Shown: positions 26,442-38,408 of the stretch, in pieces
How positions within the stretch are numbered: the stretch's first letter is position 1
How the letters are laid out: each line of letters starts with the position of its first letter
Source of the DNA: Batkoa obscura
Lineage: Eukaryota
Assembly (NCBI GenBank): GCA_030770535.1
Contig: JASVEC010000017.1
Span: 248,001 to 312,000, forward strand
Direction of reading: 5' to 3'
Length of the DNA: 64,000 bases
Notes under the pieces: generated by a model
What the model was told of the DNA's origin: nothing
Database searches by the model: none
What the model saw: the letters and a program-made list of their open reading frames with translations, nothing else
Position numbers and translations under genes: made by a program

Positions 26442-28457
26442 ATATATTAAACTTGGGCTCTGCTAAGTGGGAAACTGATTATAGAGCCGTCTAATCAACC
26501 TTAAATAAAAGCTTTAATATTTTTATATCAAAATTGATATTAGAATAAACTTAAGCTCAAATCATGTGATTATTTTGGAGGAGTTAACTCTGGTTACTTG
26601 GATCAATTATTGCTTGTGATGTGTTTTTAAAAAAATACTTGCTCATTACTATTACTGTATCTTCTATTGAATAAGTTGTTTATTGATAAAGCAACTAACT
26701 TATGAAATGGATTAACATTTATAGCAATATACAAATTATACTAATACTTACAGCACCGTGATTTCCCTTTGGTCTTCTATAAAGCTGATTATATCAAGGC
26801 AAGCTGTTTTAAAATGGGTTAACATTTATATCGATTTATTTTTATCTTGGTTTAATAAATGAAAAATAAATTGATCAAACCTTAAAAATAGAGAAGTAAA
26901 ATAAAATAAAATTAATTTATGCTTGGCATCAACACCTACTTCTTCACCATGTTTTAATATATAACATGATAGTATTATTTCTATTGATTACTTAATAGAT
27001 ATATGCTTGACGTTACCATCTACTTGCTTCTTCATACTTCAACTTTGATATAGCAATGCGATTACTAATGATTACTTGGTAATTCTTTTACTTTCAAACC
27101 TTTTTAGCTTTAAACATATTAATCCAGGCAATATGATTTTTATACTGACCTTTCTACTCCATAAAAGTACCTAAAAACAATACTGATGTTCGGGCTGTTT
27201 GAAATTATATTAACCTTTAACTTTATAATAGAGCATAAAAACAATATTAATATTACCATGGATCATTGAAACAAAGGATTGCTCTAGATAACTTAACGTT
27301 GCTAAATATTGCCTAACCTGGCTTTTCTTAATGCCTTTACATATTGCCAAAGTAATTCATAATCCTAACTAATTTTAATTGAAGTAGCCTTTAAGTTATG
27401 TTTATATTAATCTTTATTATAAATAAAGTATCTTTTATTACAACCAACTTACATATTATAATTTAGTTTTATTCTTTACTCTTTACTCTTTATATTGTTT
27501 GTAATAGATTAAAAACTTTTGTGTCTGTATAGCTGTAAAAGTATTAGTAAGCGTGAAGCTATCGTTAAATTAGCCATTATTTTATTTGTTTAACAAATAA
27601 AAAATTGAAGTAATTGTATATTTTGACTAACATATAAGGATATAAATAGGTGAAAATAATTAATTCACTATAATCAGTGGTTTTGTATGAATTAAAGGAC
27701 ATAATAAAAACATATTTTCTTCTTTTAAAACGATACAGACAAAAATGTTGACAAATAAAATAACTATAGCTAATTTTATTTAGGTGGATCAAATACAAAC
27801 TATAATTGATAATTCTGGATTATGATTTTTTAGGAGATCAATAATGCTTTATAAGATTGCTGTAAATATTACTGGCAGTTGATTAGTTATCTAGTCAGTT
27901 ATAAAAACGACCATTATGGTCGCCACAAGGCTTCTTTTCTATAGATAAAAGGGTAATGGTCTATAATTCTCCTCAACAAAGTTTTTATAATTAAGTAAAA
28001 ATCCACAGTCTTGTTTTTATTGCACATGGTTTACCTTCCGTTTTATGGCCATTCCTACCATGCCTTTTATCCTTATCAAATCATAAAAGTCTACATGTAA
28101 AGCTTTGATCTAGTAAAAGCATAATATTTATACTTTACGATGTTTAATAGAAAAACACAGCCACTCTAAATCTGTTAATACAATGGGTTGGCTTTATCCT
28201 TTTTAATTAAAATTTCCTTGTATGCTAATAAGATGGATATCAACTTGTTTTATCACCCTTATTTTTGATAATTGTTGTTTTTAAAGCTGCTCAACTTTGT
28301 TTAATATTTTAATGATTTTGTTTTAAGTGATATTAAATGTATGAATTGACTCTCAATTTAAAATAAAGATTACAGAAACACAATTTCAGTTTAACTCAAA
28401 TTCAAATAAGCAAACTCTAACTCAGTTACAAAGGTTGACTCTTTAAATTCAACTTTC

Positions 28458-28564
28458 TATAGTGACAGATAAAATTGAGTATGTTTTAATTTTTTAACTT
28501 TTATTATTTCAATGAAAGGTAAAGTGAAAAATCTAAACGTGACTTAGTTTTATCTGTCACTATA
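28458..28564. mobile_element. Tc1/mariner-like MITE
   Basis: TATAGTGACAGATAAAA ... TTTTATCTGTCACTATA inverted termini, consistent with a TA TSD. Confidence 0.7.
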
Positions 28565-29197
28565 CGCTTATATTAAAATTAGTCATTTAAATGACGTTTC
28601 GACAATCCATTGTTTTTTTTTGGCACAAAAAAACATTAAATTTCCAACAAAAATAGTTTGTACTCAAAATACAAATATGAACATTTTTCATTCAAATATC
28701 CATTAGTAATTTTTAAGTTTTATGCCTAAAAAGGGCAAGACATTAAAACAAAGGGCATTTCCAAATTGTTGTAAAAAGCAATTTATGAGATAAAAATAAC
28801 TTATTCTAAACAATATTAATAATATTAAATAAAATCAGCATTTATCAAATTTTATTAATAGGAGTTTTATTAATATCCTATTTAACTAATTCTTTGAAAG
28901 AACATTACTATAGCTCTTAATTTGTATCAAATTTATGAGTAAACCTTATACTCTGTAATCTAAATAAGAATTTTTAATTTGCTTGAAATTTGAGGTTTGT
29001 AGTGGAACTAAATTATTATCTGTTTTTAGCAGTAAATGTAAGAGCTATTTAGTTTCTAACCATGTCATCAGGGGGTGATTTTATTGAGATATTTTTGCTT
29101 ATGAATAAATGACTATTAATTGGATTAAGAATATGTCATACTGTTTCAAATAAAAGTATAAATAAGTGACTGTGGTAAAAGAGCTCTTTTTAAATAA

Positions 29198-30891
29198 ATG
29201 GGAAGTCATAACGAAACAGATATCAAAGGCTTAGAAAAGTTAGGTTTGGAGAAAGAGATAGCAGTACATCACTTTATTGATAATGAATTTGTAATCGGGG
29301 ATGAAGGAGGGGTGCTTGATATAATAAATCCAGGAAATAAATTGGTAATTTTTAAAAAAAAGTTGATAGAAGAAAACTAAAGCTAAATAGAACTTAGGAA
29401 GCATAAGTCGAGGAGGCGAAAAGGAAATTGAGTTAGCAGTTAAAAGTAGCAAAAAAGCCTTAGCTGGATGGGGTAATACAGATCGAAGTATGCGAAGTAA
29501 CTATATGCGAAGGATAGCTGATTTGATCGAAAGTGAAAAATGGTTTGAAAAATTGGTGATAGCTGAGTCCTTGAATAGTGGGAAAACCTATTCTTTTTGT
29601 AAAAGTGTGGATATTCCTAGAGCGGTTCATAATTTTCGGTACTATGCAGATTTATTAACCTCTTGGAATCCAGACCAAATAGTACAAAGCCATGGTAGTA
29701 AAGCTGCTCTTCATTATAGTATACGTAAACCTGCTGGTATTGCTGGTTTGATTTCTCCATGGAATTTGTAATATAAATTTATGTTTGCTAACTTTTATTA
29801 ATCACAATTCTAAGACCACTTTATCTTTTAACTTGGAAGATAGCACCTTGTATTGCTGCTGGCTCCGTATGTATTTGCAAACCAAGTGAAGTCACATCCT
29901 TAACGGCTTATTGTAAAAATAATGTTAAATAGTTTATTAGTTTATATTTATATGTTTTATAGATTTATGTCAAATCATAAAGGAGGTTGGATTACCAAAA
30001 GGTGTAGTTAATATGGTGTTTGGATTAGGTAAATTTTTTGTAATGATAGCATAATAAAATTAAGAAAAAATAGGTTCAGAAGCAGGCGATGCATTAATAA
30101 AGCATCCATCAGTTCGATTGATCTCATTTACTGGAGGCACTGAAACTGGGAAAAAGGTGGCGATTGGGTGTGCTCCATTGTTTAAAAAAGTATCTTTAGA
30201 ACTTGGCGGAAAAAACCCAAGTATCGTATTAAAACATTGTGATTTGAACTTAGCTATTGCAACTAGTGCTGCTGCTGCGTTTTCGAATCAAGGTCAAATT
30301 TGTTTGTGTATGTCCAGAGTTTACGTTGAAGCTTCTATTTGTGAGCAATTTGTCACTGGTTTAGTGGAATATACCAAAAAAAATTATAAAGTGAATATAC
30401 CATGGCATAGTGATACAGTAATTGGGGCAATGAGCAGTAAACAGCATTTTGACAAAGTATTAAGTTATATTAGCTTAGCTAAGCAAGAAGGTGGAAAAAT
30501 AGTTTGCGGAGGTAATTCTGTAGATGAATTAAATGGTTATTATATTGAACCAACAATCATTACTGATTTAAGTCCCAATTCAAGAGTCGTTAAAGAAGAA
30601 ATTTTTGGCCCAGTTGTTGCTATTATACCTTATAATGATGTTAGTGAAGCTATTGAAATGGCCAATGATACTAACTATGGTTTGGCAGCCTGTGTATTTG
30701 GAAATGATATTAGACTTACTAGAAAAGTAGCACAATCTATTGAAGCTGGGTTGGTATGGGTTAATTGTTGGCTAGTAAGAGATACATTTACTCCTTTTGG
30801 AGGATATAAAGATTCTGGAATAGGAAGAGAAGGAGGCTTTTTATCTTTAGATTTCTTTTCAGAAATTACCACAATTACACTAGCAGATTAA
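29198..30891 (+). CDS. Aldehyde dehydrogenase, ALDH8A1/2-aminomuconic semialdehyde dehydrogenase-like, multi-exon
   Basis: DIPRAVHNFRYYA, PWNLPLYLLTWKIAP, LELGGKN, NQGQICLC, EEIFGP and WVNCWLVRD. Confidence 0.9.
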
Positions 30892-31340
30892 GGTAAAGTA
30901 TAGTTTGTGCATTCAGATATTAAGCTTTTTGATTTAAATAAATATTCCTAAAATGCCTCAAATGATATTAAAAGTATTTATAATTTAACTTTATGGAATA
31001 ATGATGTTTTAGAAAGTAACGGCTTTGATATACGCTTATGTTAAATAAACAAAAAATAACTTCAGAGTGTAAAGTTTAGCTTATTGTAATAATCCAAGTT
31101 TGATAATATAAAGTAATCTAAAAAAGTCAATAAGTAAAACAATTACAAATCAAATTGAAAAACTAAGAAAAGTACGAAATTTGATATATACAAACTCTTA
31201 GTATAGTTACTTTTCAAAATAAACCCTATTATTTTATACACTTTGTAGTTCATAGAATTTATCAAAGCTAAATTGAATTATGATAAAATACAAAACTTCA
31301 AATAATATTCAACCAATATCACTTTATTTATCAAATAAAC

Positions 31341-32853
31341 TTAACTATTAGTAATAAGAAAAGCTTCAGAGAGATAACGATTGAGGAAAGCAACTCCAGT
31401 AAAGATAACAAGGAAAGGATTTAAAATGTTAAAGTAGGAAATTCCCATCTTACTAAATGTAAAAAATAGAGAAACTGGTGCCAAGGGTGCTTGGACTGCA
31501 TTTATAATTTCAAAACCACCGAGTGCTAAACCAAAGATAGTAAATGTTCTTACATTTGCATCTTTCACTTTAGATAACAGTAGAATTATTGCTATATTAG
31601 AATATAAAGAGCATATAATCAATGGCACACCGCCTAAGCCGACTAATAAGTTTAAGACTAAAGTAGGAAGGACTGGCTGTAAAAAGTTAACTAAGATCAA
31701 ATAAACAAATTCAATACTAGTTATATTGTATATGATATTATATATATAACCAGGGTTAAATCTATTTATGGTGGTGGGCAAAAAGAGGTAACCTAAATAA
31801 CAGAAAGTTGTTAAAGAATTAAATAAGGTAGGTAACAGTTCTCTAAAGCCTAAGCCTAAACCACCTCGTTTGGTTTCGGTGGTATACCAATTCACCAAGC
31901 TATCTGATGCATTTTTGACTAAGAATTAATTCAATATGAAAGAAACGATTAAAAATATGTTTTGCTTATTGGATAATTTAGGCGCAAAACGAGAATGTAA
32001 AGTGTTCTGAGACGAGTTAATACAATCGTAACTTGTGCAATCCACCTCGTTAATTAAAGTTTGAGTTTCATCATTTTCAGTTGGAAGTGAGATATTATCT
32101 AATTTATTATCAGAAGGTAATAAGATATAGTGAGAGTAGTAAGCAGCTATTGTAAATACAATAGCACCACCTAAAGCAGATAACAATTGAGGATGTTGAA
32201 GGAATAGTAATTTTGGCATAAACCAATTTGAAATTTGATTTTTAAATGGCTCAAAGAAATCAATTACAACATCCGATATAATGATAGAAGAATAGATATC
32301 AAAAAATAATAATGTATACGCAAAGCCTATAAACGGTAAATATAGTATAATTTATACAACAAAATAGAGTTACTTTGATACTTTGATTCATAAATAGTTG
32401 ATATAAGTCGATAAGCAATAGCATCTAATCCATTAAACAAACCTAAACCAAGTAAAGACGCGTGAAGGGAAGGAAGATTTGGTACTAAAGATAAAACTAC
32501 TATTAAGATCGATGATCCATAAAGTGATATAGGTAAGGTTTTTTAATTCCATATTTATCAGTTAAATAGCTAAAAATTAATATAGCTACTGGAACATCAT
32601 AAGTAAAGTAGCTAAAGTTAGATACGATATAACGATATTTTTCACTCGAATTGTGTGGAAAACTGTTTAACTCTACTAAAACCTAACATCTAAATTAATT
32701 TGTAGAAATTGAATTAGTATCAAGTTTACCCTTCGATAGATGTGTACAATGTATGCTTTTAATGCTTTAGTAAACCCAGATAACAGAAGCACTTTTAAAT
32801 AATTCAAATATGGAAAATAAGCCAAACTTAGTTATGATTTTATTAATATTCAT
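31341..32853 (-). pseudogene. Disrupted MFS-like transporter
   Basis: Motif-A-like SYLTDKYGIKK and multiple hydrophobic segments; in-frame TAA at 31926-31928 and ~32767; apparent frameshifts near 32540 and 32350. Confidence 0.65.
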
Positions 32854-33451
32854 ACTATGTTATAGTTTATATTTAGTACTAGTTGATACTGAACTCATTT
32901 TTTAATAAAAATTAAATTTTCAAATATTTAAAAATTGAATTTGTATTTCTTATTACATATTGGTATATTGAATCACCAGTTCAAATGTTGGAACTTGGCA
33001 AATATTTATTCCCACCTTCCATTTTGCTACGTCACCCCATTTGTTATCATGCGTTTTGAACCAAATTTGCAGCTGACAATTTTTCCATCTAATCCTGTTT
33101 CCGAATAAATTAATTCCTTTTATATCATTGAATTAATTGAATCATATTTGTATAGAACTTTATTTTTTAATAGCGCAATATTTTATAATTTATCACTCTC
33201 ACTCTCCTTCTTCTCACGCCATGACTTTTGTCTATTTTACCTTTAACTAATAAATCATTTGGGAGGTTTGCTCTCTTTTAAGATTTTATAAGCTACAAAT
33301 CAAATTTATAATATACCTATTATAAACCTATATATTTCTAAATAAGCAATTAAATTATTGTTTTCTCCAAAACTGAGTTTAATAATTTTTTAAATGAAAT
33401 GAATTTTGAGATATGATTAAAATACACTGTATTATTTATAATTTTTAAAAT

Positions 33452-33546
33452 AGGGATGTATTTTTTGGTTTCATCACTTTTTCAATTTTTTAAGCACTAC
33501 TTTGAGTGGAAAAATTGTAAAATTTTTAAACAAAAAATACATCTTT
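33452..33546 (+). mobile_element. MITE M1 copy (degenerate)
   Basis: M1 similarity, TSD AAAT/AAAT. Confidence 0.8.
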
Positions 33547-33551
33547 AAATA

Positions 33552-33806
33552 TGAATTTTATGGATTGAAGGGGTTAGAGGATGTTTATATAGGAGTTCTT
33601 TAGATATACATTTTTTATGCACTCTACTTACAATATATGCAAAGTTTTATATCAACCTAATCATTCATCTCCAAGATATAATCAATAGAAATAGCCATCA
33701 TTAGCAAAAAAATTACTAGTGAAATTTTTTTAGCTCTTGATAAAAAATGTATATCTAAAGAACTCTCATATAGATCCTTTATAACTCCTTCGTTCTACGA
33801 ACATCA
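33552..33806. repeat. Foldback/MITE-like inverted repeat
   Basis: GAGTTCTTTAGATATACATTTTTTAT ... ATAAAAAATGTATATCTAAAGAACTC arms, with further imperfect pairing outward. Confidence 0.75.
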
Positions 33807-34009
33807 TGATCTTCCCTCGTATTATTAAAATGATTTTTATTTTGAATATTTTAAATATTTTAATGCAAATTTTATTATAAATTACAATTTAAGCTAAATA
33901 CTATTTAGTAACATAAAAATTATTTTGATTTTTTATCATATTGATAGTACAAAAGATTCAAAATTCATGTTATGAAGATGAATTGTAAATTTATTTACCA
34001 AAAGTATAT

Positions 34010-34107
34010 GAGGATGTATTTTTTATATTTAAGAATTTTGCTAATAATTTTCCGCTCAAATAGCACTTAAAGGATGGAAAAAGCAATGAAGCCAAAAAAA
34101 CACCCTC
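34010..34107 (-). mobile_element. MITE M1 copy
   Basis: M1 consensus sequence, TSD ATAT/ATAT. Confidence 0.88.
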
Positions 34108-34354
34108 ATATAATAATTATAAAAGCTAAAAAAACATTGTCAAAGTATTAAAACAAGTAGATGTTTTTATTTTAATGCTATTTCTTATAATTTAAAATAA
34201 ACGTATAATTACTAATTATATACCTTTTCTAATATGACAATTTTAAATTATAATATAATAGAAAAATATATTACTTTATATTTTGTATATTTTTTAAGCA
34301 GATCAAAATCTAAAAAATTGTTAAGTAAATAATATAAAAAGCATGTTTGAATAA

Positions 34355-34700
34355 ATAGCAAAAAAAACAGGAAAACTCCAAAAAAAATGGACTGCTTTCA
34401 AAGTTCGATTTTGATTCAGCCAATAATATTAAAAAATTTCAACAGCTGCCAAAGTTCGATTTTAAGTTAAAGCTTAAAACTTGATTTTTAACAAAATTCA
34501 ACCTAATATTGAAAAATAATAATAAAAAAAGAACTAAAGTATTAAAATTTTGCTAATTTTTTATTAAAAATCAAGATTTGATTCAAAATTGAACCTTTAA
34601 AGATAGTCCAGTTTTCTATAAAAATTTAAGCTAAATTGAAATCGAACTCTGAGAGCAGTCCATTTTTTTTTGGCGAGCCTCTCTACTTTTTTTTGCTGTT
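34355..34700. repeat. Long-TIR foldback element
   Basis: CCAAAAAAAAATGGACTGCT..AGTTCGATTT pairs with AAATCGAACT..AGCAGTCCATTTTTTTTTGG; internal AAGTTCGATTT repeats. Confidence 0.72.
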
Positions 34701-34995
34701 CATTATATCAAACTTTAAAGTAGTTACTATATAAACAATTTATTATAAAATCAACATTACTTATAAATAAGTTTGGACGTTTATTATTTATTCTAATAAT
34801 TGACATTGTACTTAATTTTATAAAAACTTGCAAACAAGATAATTTTAGAAAGTAGTATATTTTTTAGAGTTTAAATGTTTGTATTTTAATATATCATTAC
34901 ATGTAATTCTTCATTATTATAAAAATATAAAAAATTATCATACTCTTTATAAATTTTATTCTTTTACTTTTAATTTACTACAGCTTTGTACATGG

Positions 34996-35094
34996 GAGGA
35001 TGTTTTTTTTGATTTCATTACTCTTTCCATTTATTAAGCGCTATTTGAGTGGAAAGATTATTAGTAAAATTCTTAAACGAAAAAATACATCCCC
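34996..35094 (+). mobile_element. MITE M1 copy
   Basis: M1 consensus sequence, TSD ATGG/ATGG. Confidence 0.88.
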
Positions 35095-35095
35095 A

Positions 35096-35240
35096 TGGGT
35101 AAAGTTTAAAAGCTCGGTTAAATTTGTTCAATTTAATTTTTAGCAAAAAGCAAATATTTTGGTAGCACTTAGTTCTTAATTGAAATTTCTATCAAAAATA
35201 AAATTGAACAAAATTTGAGCTGAGCTTTTAAACTAACTCA
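35096..35240. repeat. MITE-like inverted repeat
   Basis: AGTTTAAAAGCTCGGTTAAATTTGTTCAATTT ... AAATTGAACAAAATTTGAGCTGAGCTTTTAAACT. Confidence 0.72.
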
Positions 35241-36141
35241 TTTCTCTCAAATTATAAAGTAATTCTATATTTTTAGTTTTTTTACTAATTTTAGTTATTG
35301 GGTGGACACATGATATTTTTTGTTGCGATTTACACTCTTACCGTTTTGGATTTGCCCAAAATCTTGGCTGGCTGTATAGAATTACTTCCATGTTTTTTTC
35401 GAAATAGAGGAATATGAAATAGATTTTATTGAGATAAACTATAAGAATTTAGTAAATTTAAAATAAACCAAACATAGCATTTATGACTAAATAAAAGTAC
35501 AAAGGCCCCTCTGAATATAAGAATCTTATCTTTACTGAACCCTGATACTTCATACTATATATCTTCTCATCAAATAAGTCCTATCCCCTAACCTTTATCT
35601 TACACTTAATGGGTGATTTCAGCTCTAGTTTTGTGAAATTTTTTGTCTTATTCTTTACAAACCATTCATGCTTTGAGTTTGTGCCTTGCTAAATTGCAAA
35701 GCAAAGTAGTTACTTTTTTAATGATCAAATAAAAATTAAATCAATGTGTAAATTTTTGACTGTCTCAACCAGATTTTTTAATTTACCTATATTTAGTTTT
35801 TTACATTATCCCAAAAATATAATGAAGCAGTTCAAAGAGGTAGATTTGACCCTGTATAATAAAATATTTTTAGACTAATAAGCCATGATACGATAATAAC
35901 AATCTAAACTAAAGTTTAATTCTTTTATTCCCAAAGCGATAAAAAGATGATTAATAAACATAAATCGATTCAAAGCCATAATTTATCATAAATCTTTTGC
36001 TATAAACTATACATACAATTACTCTATCAAAGTAATTATACCTCAAATATACACCAATTCAAATTATAACTTATAAATTATTATTAAATTAATTATTATA
36101 AAAAATGGTTTCAATTAGAACTCGACATATCCAATCCTTTC

Positions 36142-38408
36142 TTATGCTTGATCCTCCCATCCAGTCCAAGTCGAAGTGAAAAGAAGGGGTGCTCCAAGGC
36201 TTGGGCTGCCGTTATCCTATCCTCTGGTTCATACGTCAATAATTTGGTTATCAAATCTGTCAACGCATCCCCCAATAGTCCCTTTCTATTGACAATTTTC
36301 TAAAATGAAGCTATTATTTGATTGCTTTATGCTATTTTATATTGATCTTACCGCTACCGTTTTAACTCCATTCACATTCTTAAGACTTTGTTTAGTGGTC
36401 TCATCATTTGGGTAGTTAAGTTCAGCAGACGATTTAAAGTAGGCCTTCCCTGTTTTACTACTAAAAAGTTAAGTATCTATTCATTATCATCCTTATTATT
36501 TTATTTATTACCTTGCTCTTTCATACATCACTTTAGGCAATGGTCCTAAAGCACGTGCCATCATTGCTAAATGTTCTAAATTTTCATGTGTTTGAAACAT
36601 GGCATCCCCCGTTATTAATTCAATTAAAATACAACCAACAGACCAAAGGTCACAAGGGTAAGACCATCCCATACCTAATATTATTTCTGGTGCACGGTAA
36701 TGCCTTGTCGATACAATAGAAGAATGAAATTCGTCTTCAAAAGTAGCAGAGCCAAAATCAATCAGTTTGATCTCTGTACTTTTTAATATGTGTTTCACTT
36801 TAGAACCTTTCCTCTATAAAATGATAAGTTAAACATTATTATTATGCTTTTAATTTATAAACTTACCTTTACTTCATCGTAACTTCCATTTAACAATAAA
36901 ATATTTTCTGGTTTTAAATCGGTGTGAACCAAACCCAAATTATGAACAACTAAACATGATAATTAATACAAACCTTATATAAAACAACAGGTAATCTTAC
37001 AAGAAATTGAGTTCAACAATTGACGAGCAAAATGTTGAACATGTGGGAAAGGAAAACCTTGAAACTGATTGGATTTTAAAAAATCAAATAATGAAGGTCC
37101 CATAAGATCGAATGACATACACATATGATTATTAAATTCAAAGTCGTTTTCCATATGGATACATTTGTTCAAATTTAATGGATCATGTTTCTTCAGCGTA
37201 GATAATACGCGCATCTCAATCTTAGCTGCTTCCCTATATTTAGGTATGGCTCTAACTACTTTTACTGCTACATATCTCAATGCTCGTTTATCCCAGCATT
37301 TGGCTACCCGTCCAAATGTACCCTGTCCTAGCAAACTTTCAACTTTATCTAAAAATATTATATTAGCTTATGAATAATATATTATTAAATTACACTTACA
37401 TCTTTCTGTAATATAAAGATCTGGCTGAATAACTAAATGACCGTCTTTATCATCATAAGCAATCACTTCATTATCGATAGGAAAGCTATCAGCTAAATTG
37501 GGTAAACTATAAGTACTATCATTAACAGGGTGGATAGGTGGAATCATTAATCCTTTTAATGCATTATGATTTAAAGTATTTGGATGTGTTAACTGGGCAT
37601 AACCGCTAAGCGGAGATTGGTTTGGTACTTGAATACCATTATCAAATGGCGTTATAGATAGATGAGATTGATAAGGGTAATGATTCGTATTACAATAACT
37701 TGGCATCTGTAAGTTACCTTGATAATTGTAATTTGATTCCGGTTGCGTATAACTTATCGTATTTGTAAATTTCGGTGGCTGATACAATTCCCTCTCAAGC
37801 CTTGGTGCAAATGTTGGTGGCTGATAATAGTTCGATGTACCTTGAATAGGCCCACTTTGATAAGCAGAATAATGTTGTGTTCCATTGGTTCTATCTTTCA
37901 TTTCATACATCGAACTATTTATTGTTATCGGTGGAAGTTGATTTAGCGAATGATGAGTATTAACACTAGTACCATATTCCAACTTGGGTGCCTTTGATTG
38001 TAAATTATAATTTTCATTAGTTTTATAAGACGCTTGAGGGGCATTATCAGGGAGGTTGAGTTGATGAATTCCAGTTAATCTGTGAGCTTTCTCTTTTAGA
38101 GTGTTTTGATTAAATTGATCTACTTGTGGACTATTTTGGTTTAAAATATGCGATAGACTGGTATGGTTTTCTGTTGGGTTCAATGGAATTGGATAATATT
38201 TTGGTGGACTACCAAGTGAACGTTTAAACGTATTTTCCCTAACATATGGAAGGATACTATTCTTTATATTATTATACGTATTATTATTTATGTTATATCC
38301 GTAATTGGAAGACATCTTCTCAGATAATATATTATTTTGATTAATTGATTGGTTAATATGCTCGAATCCTTTGTAATGTAATTTGTGGCCTAGCTCATCC
38401 ACTGACAT
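36142..38408 (-). CDS. LAMMER (CLK/Kns1/Lkh1) dual-specificity kinase, multi-exon
   Basis: [36 protein letters not shown] and [11 protein letters not shown]; long N/Q-rich N-terminus. Confidence 0.96.

Noticed and set aside
31926..31928. Programmed readthrough or alternative genetic code at the in-frame TAA
   Set aside because: The same gene has additional frameshifts, and the intact genes use TAA as a normal stop
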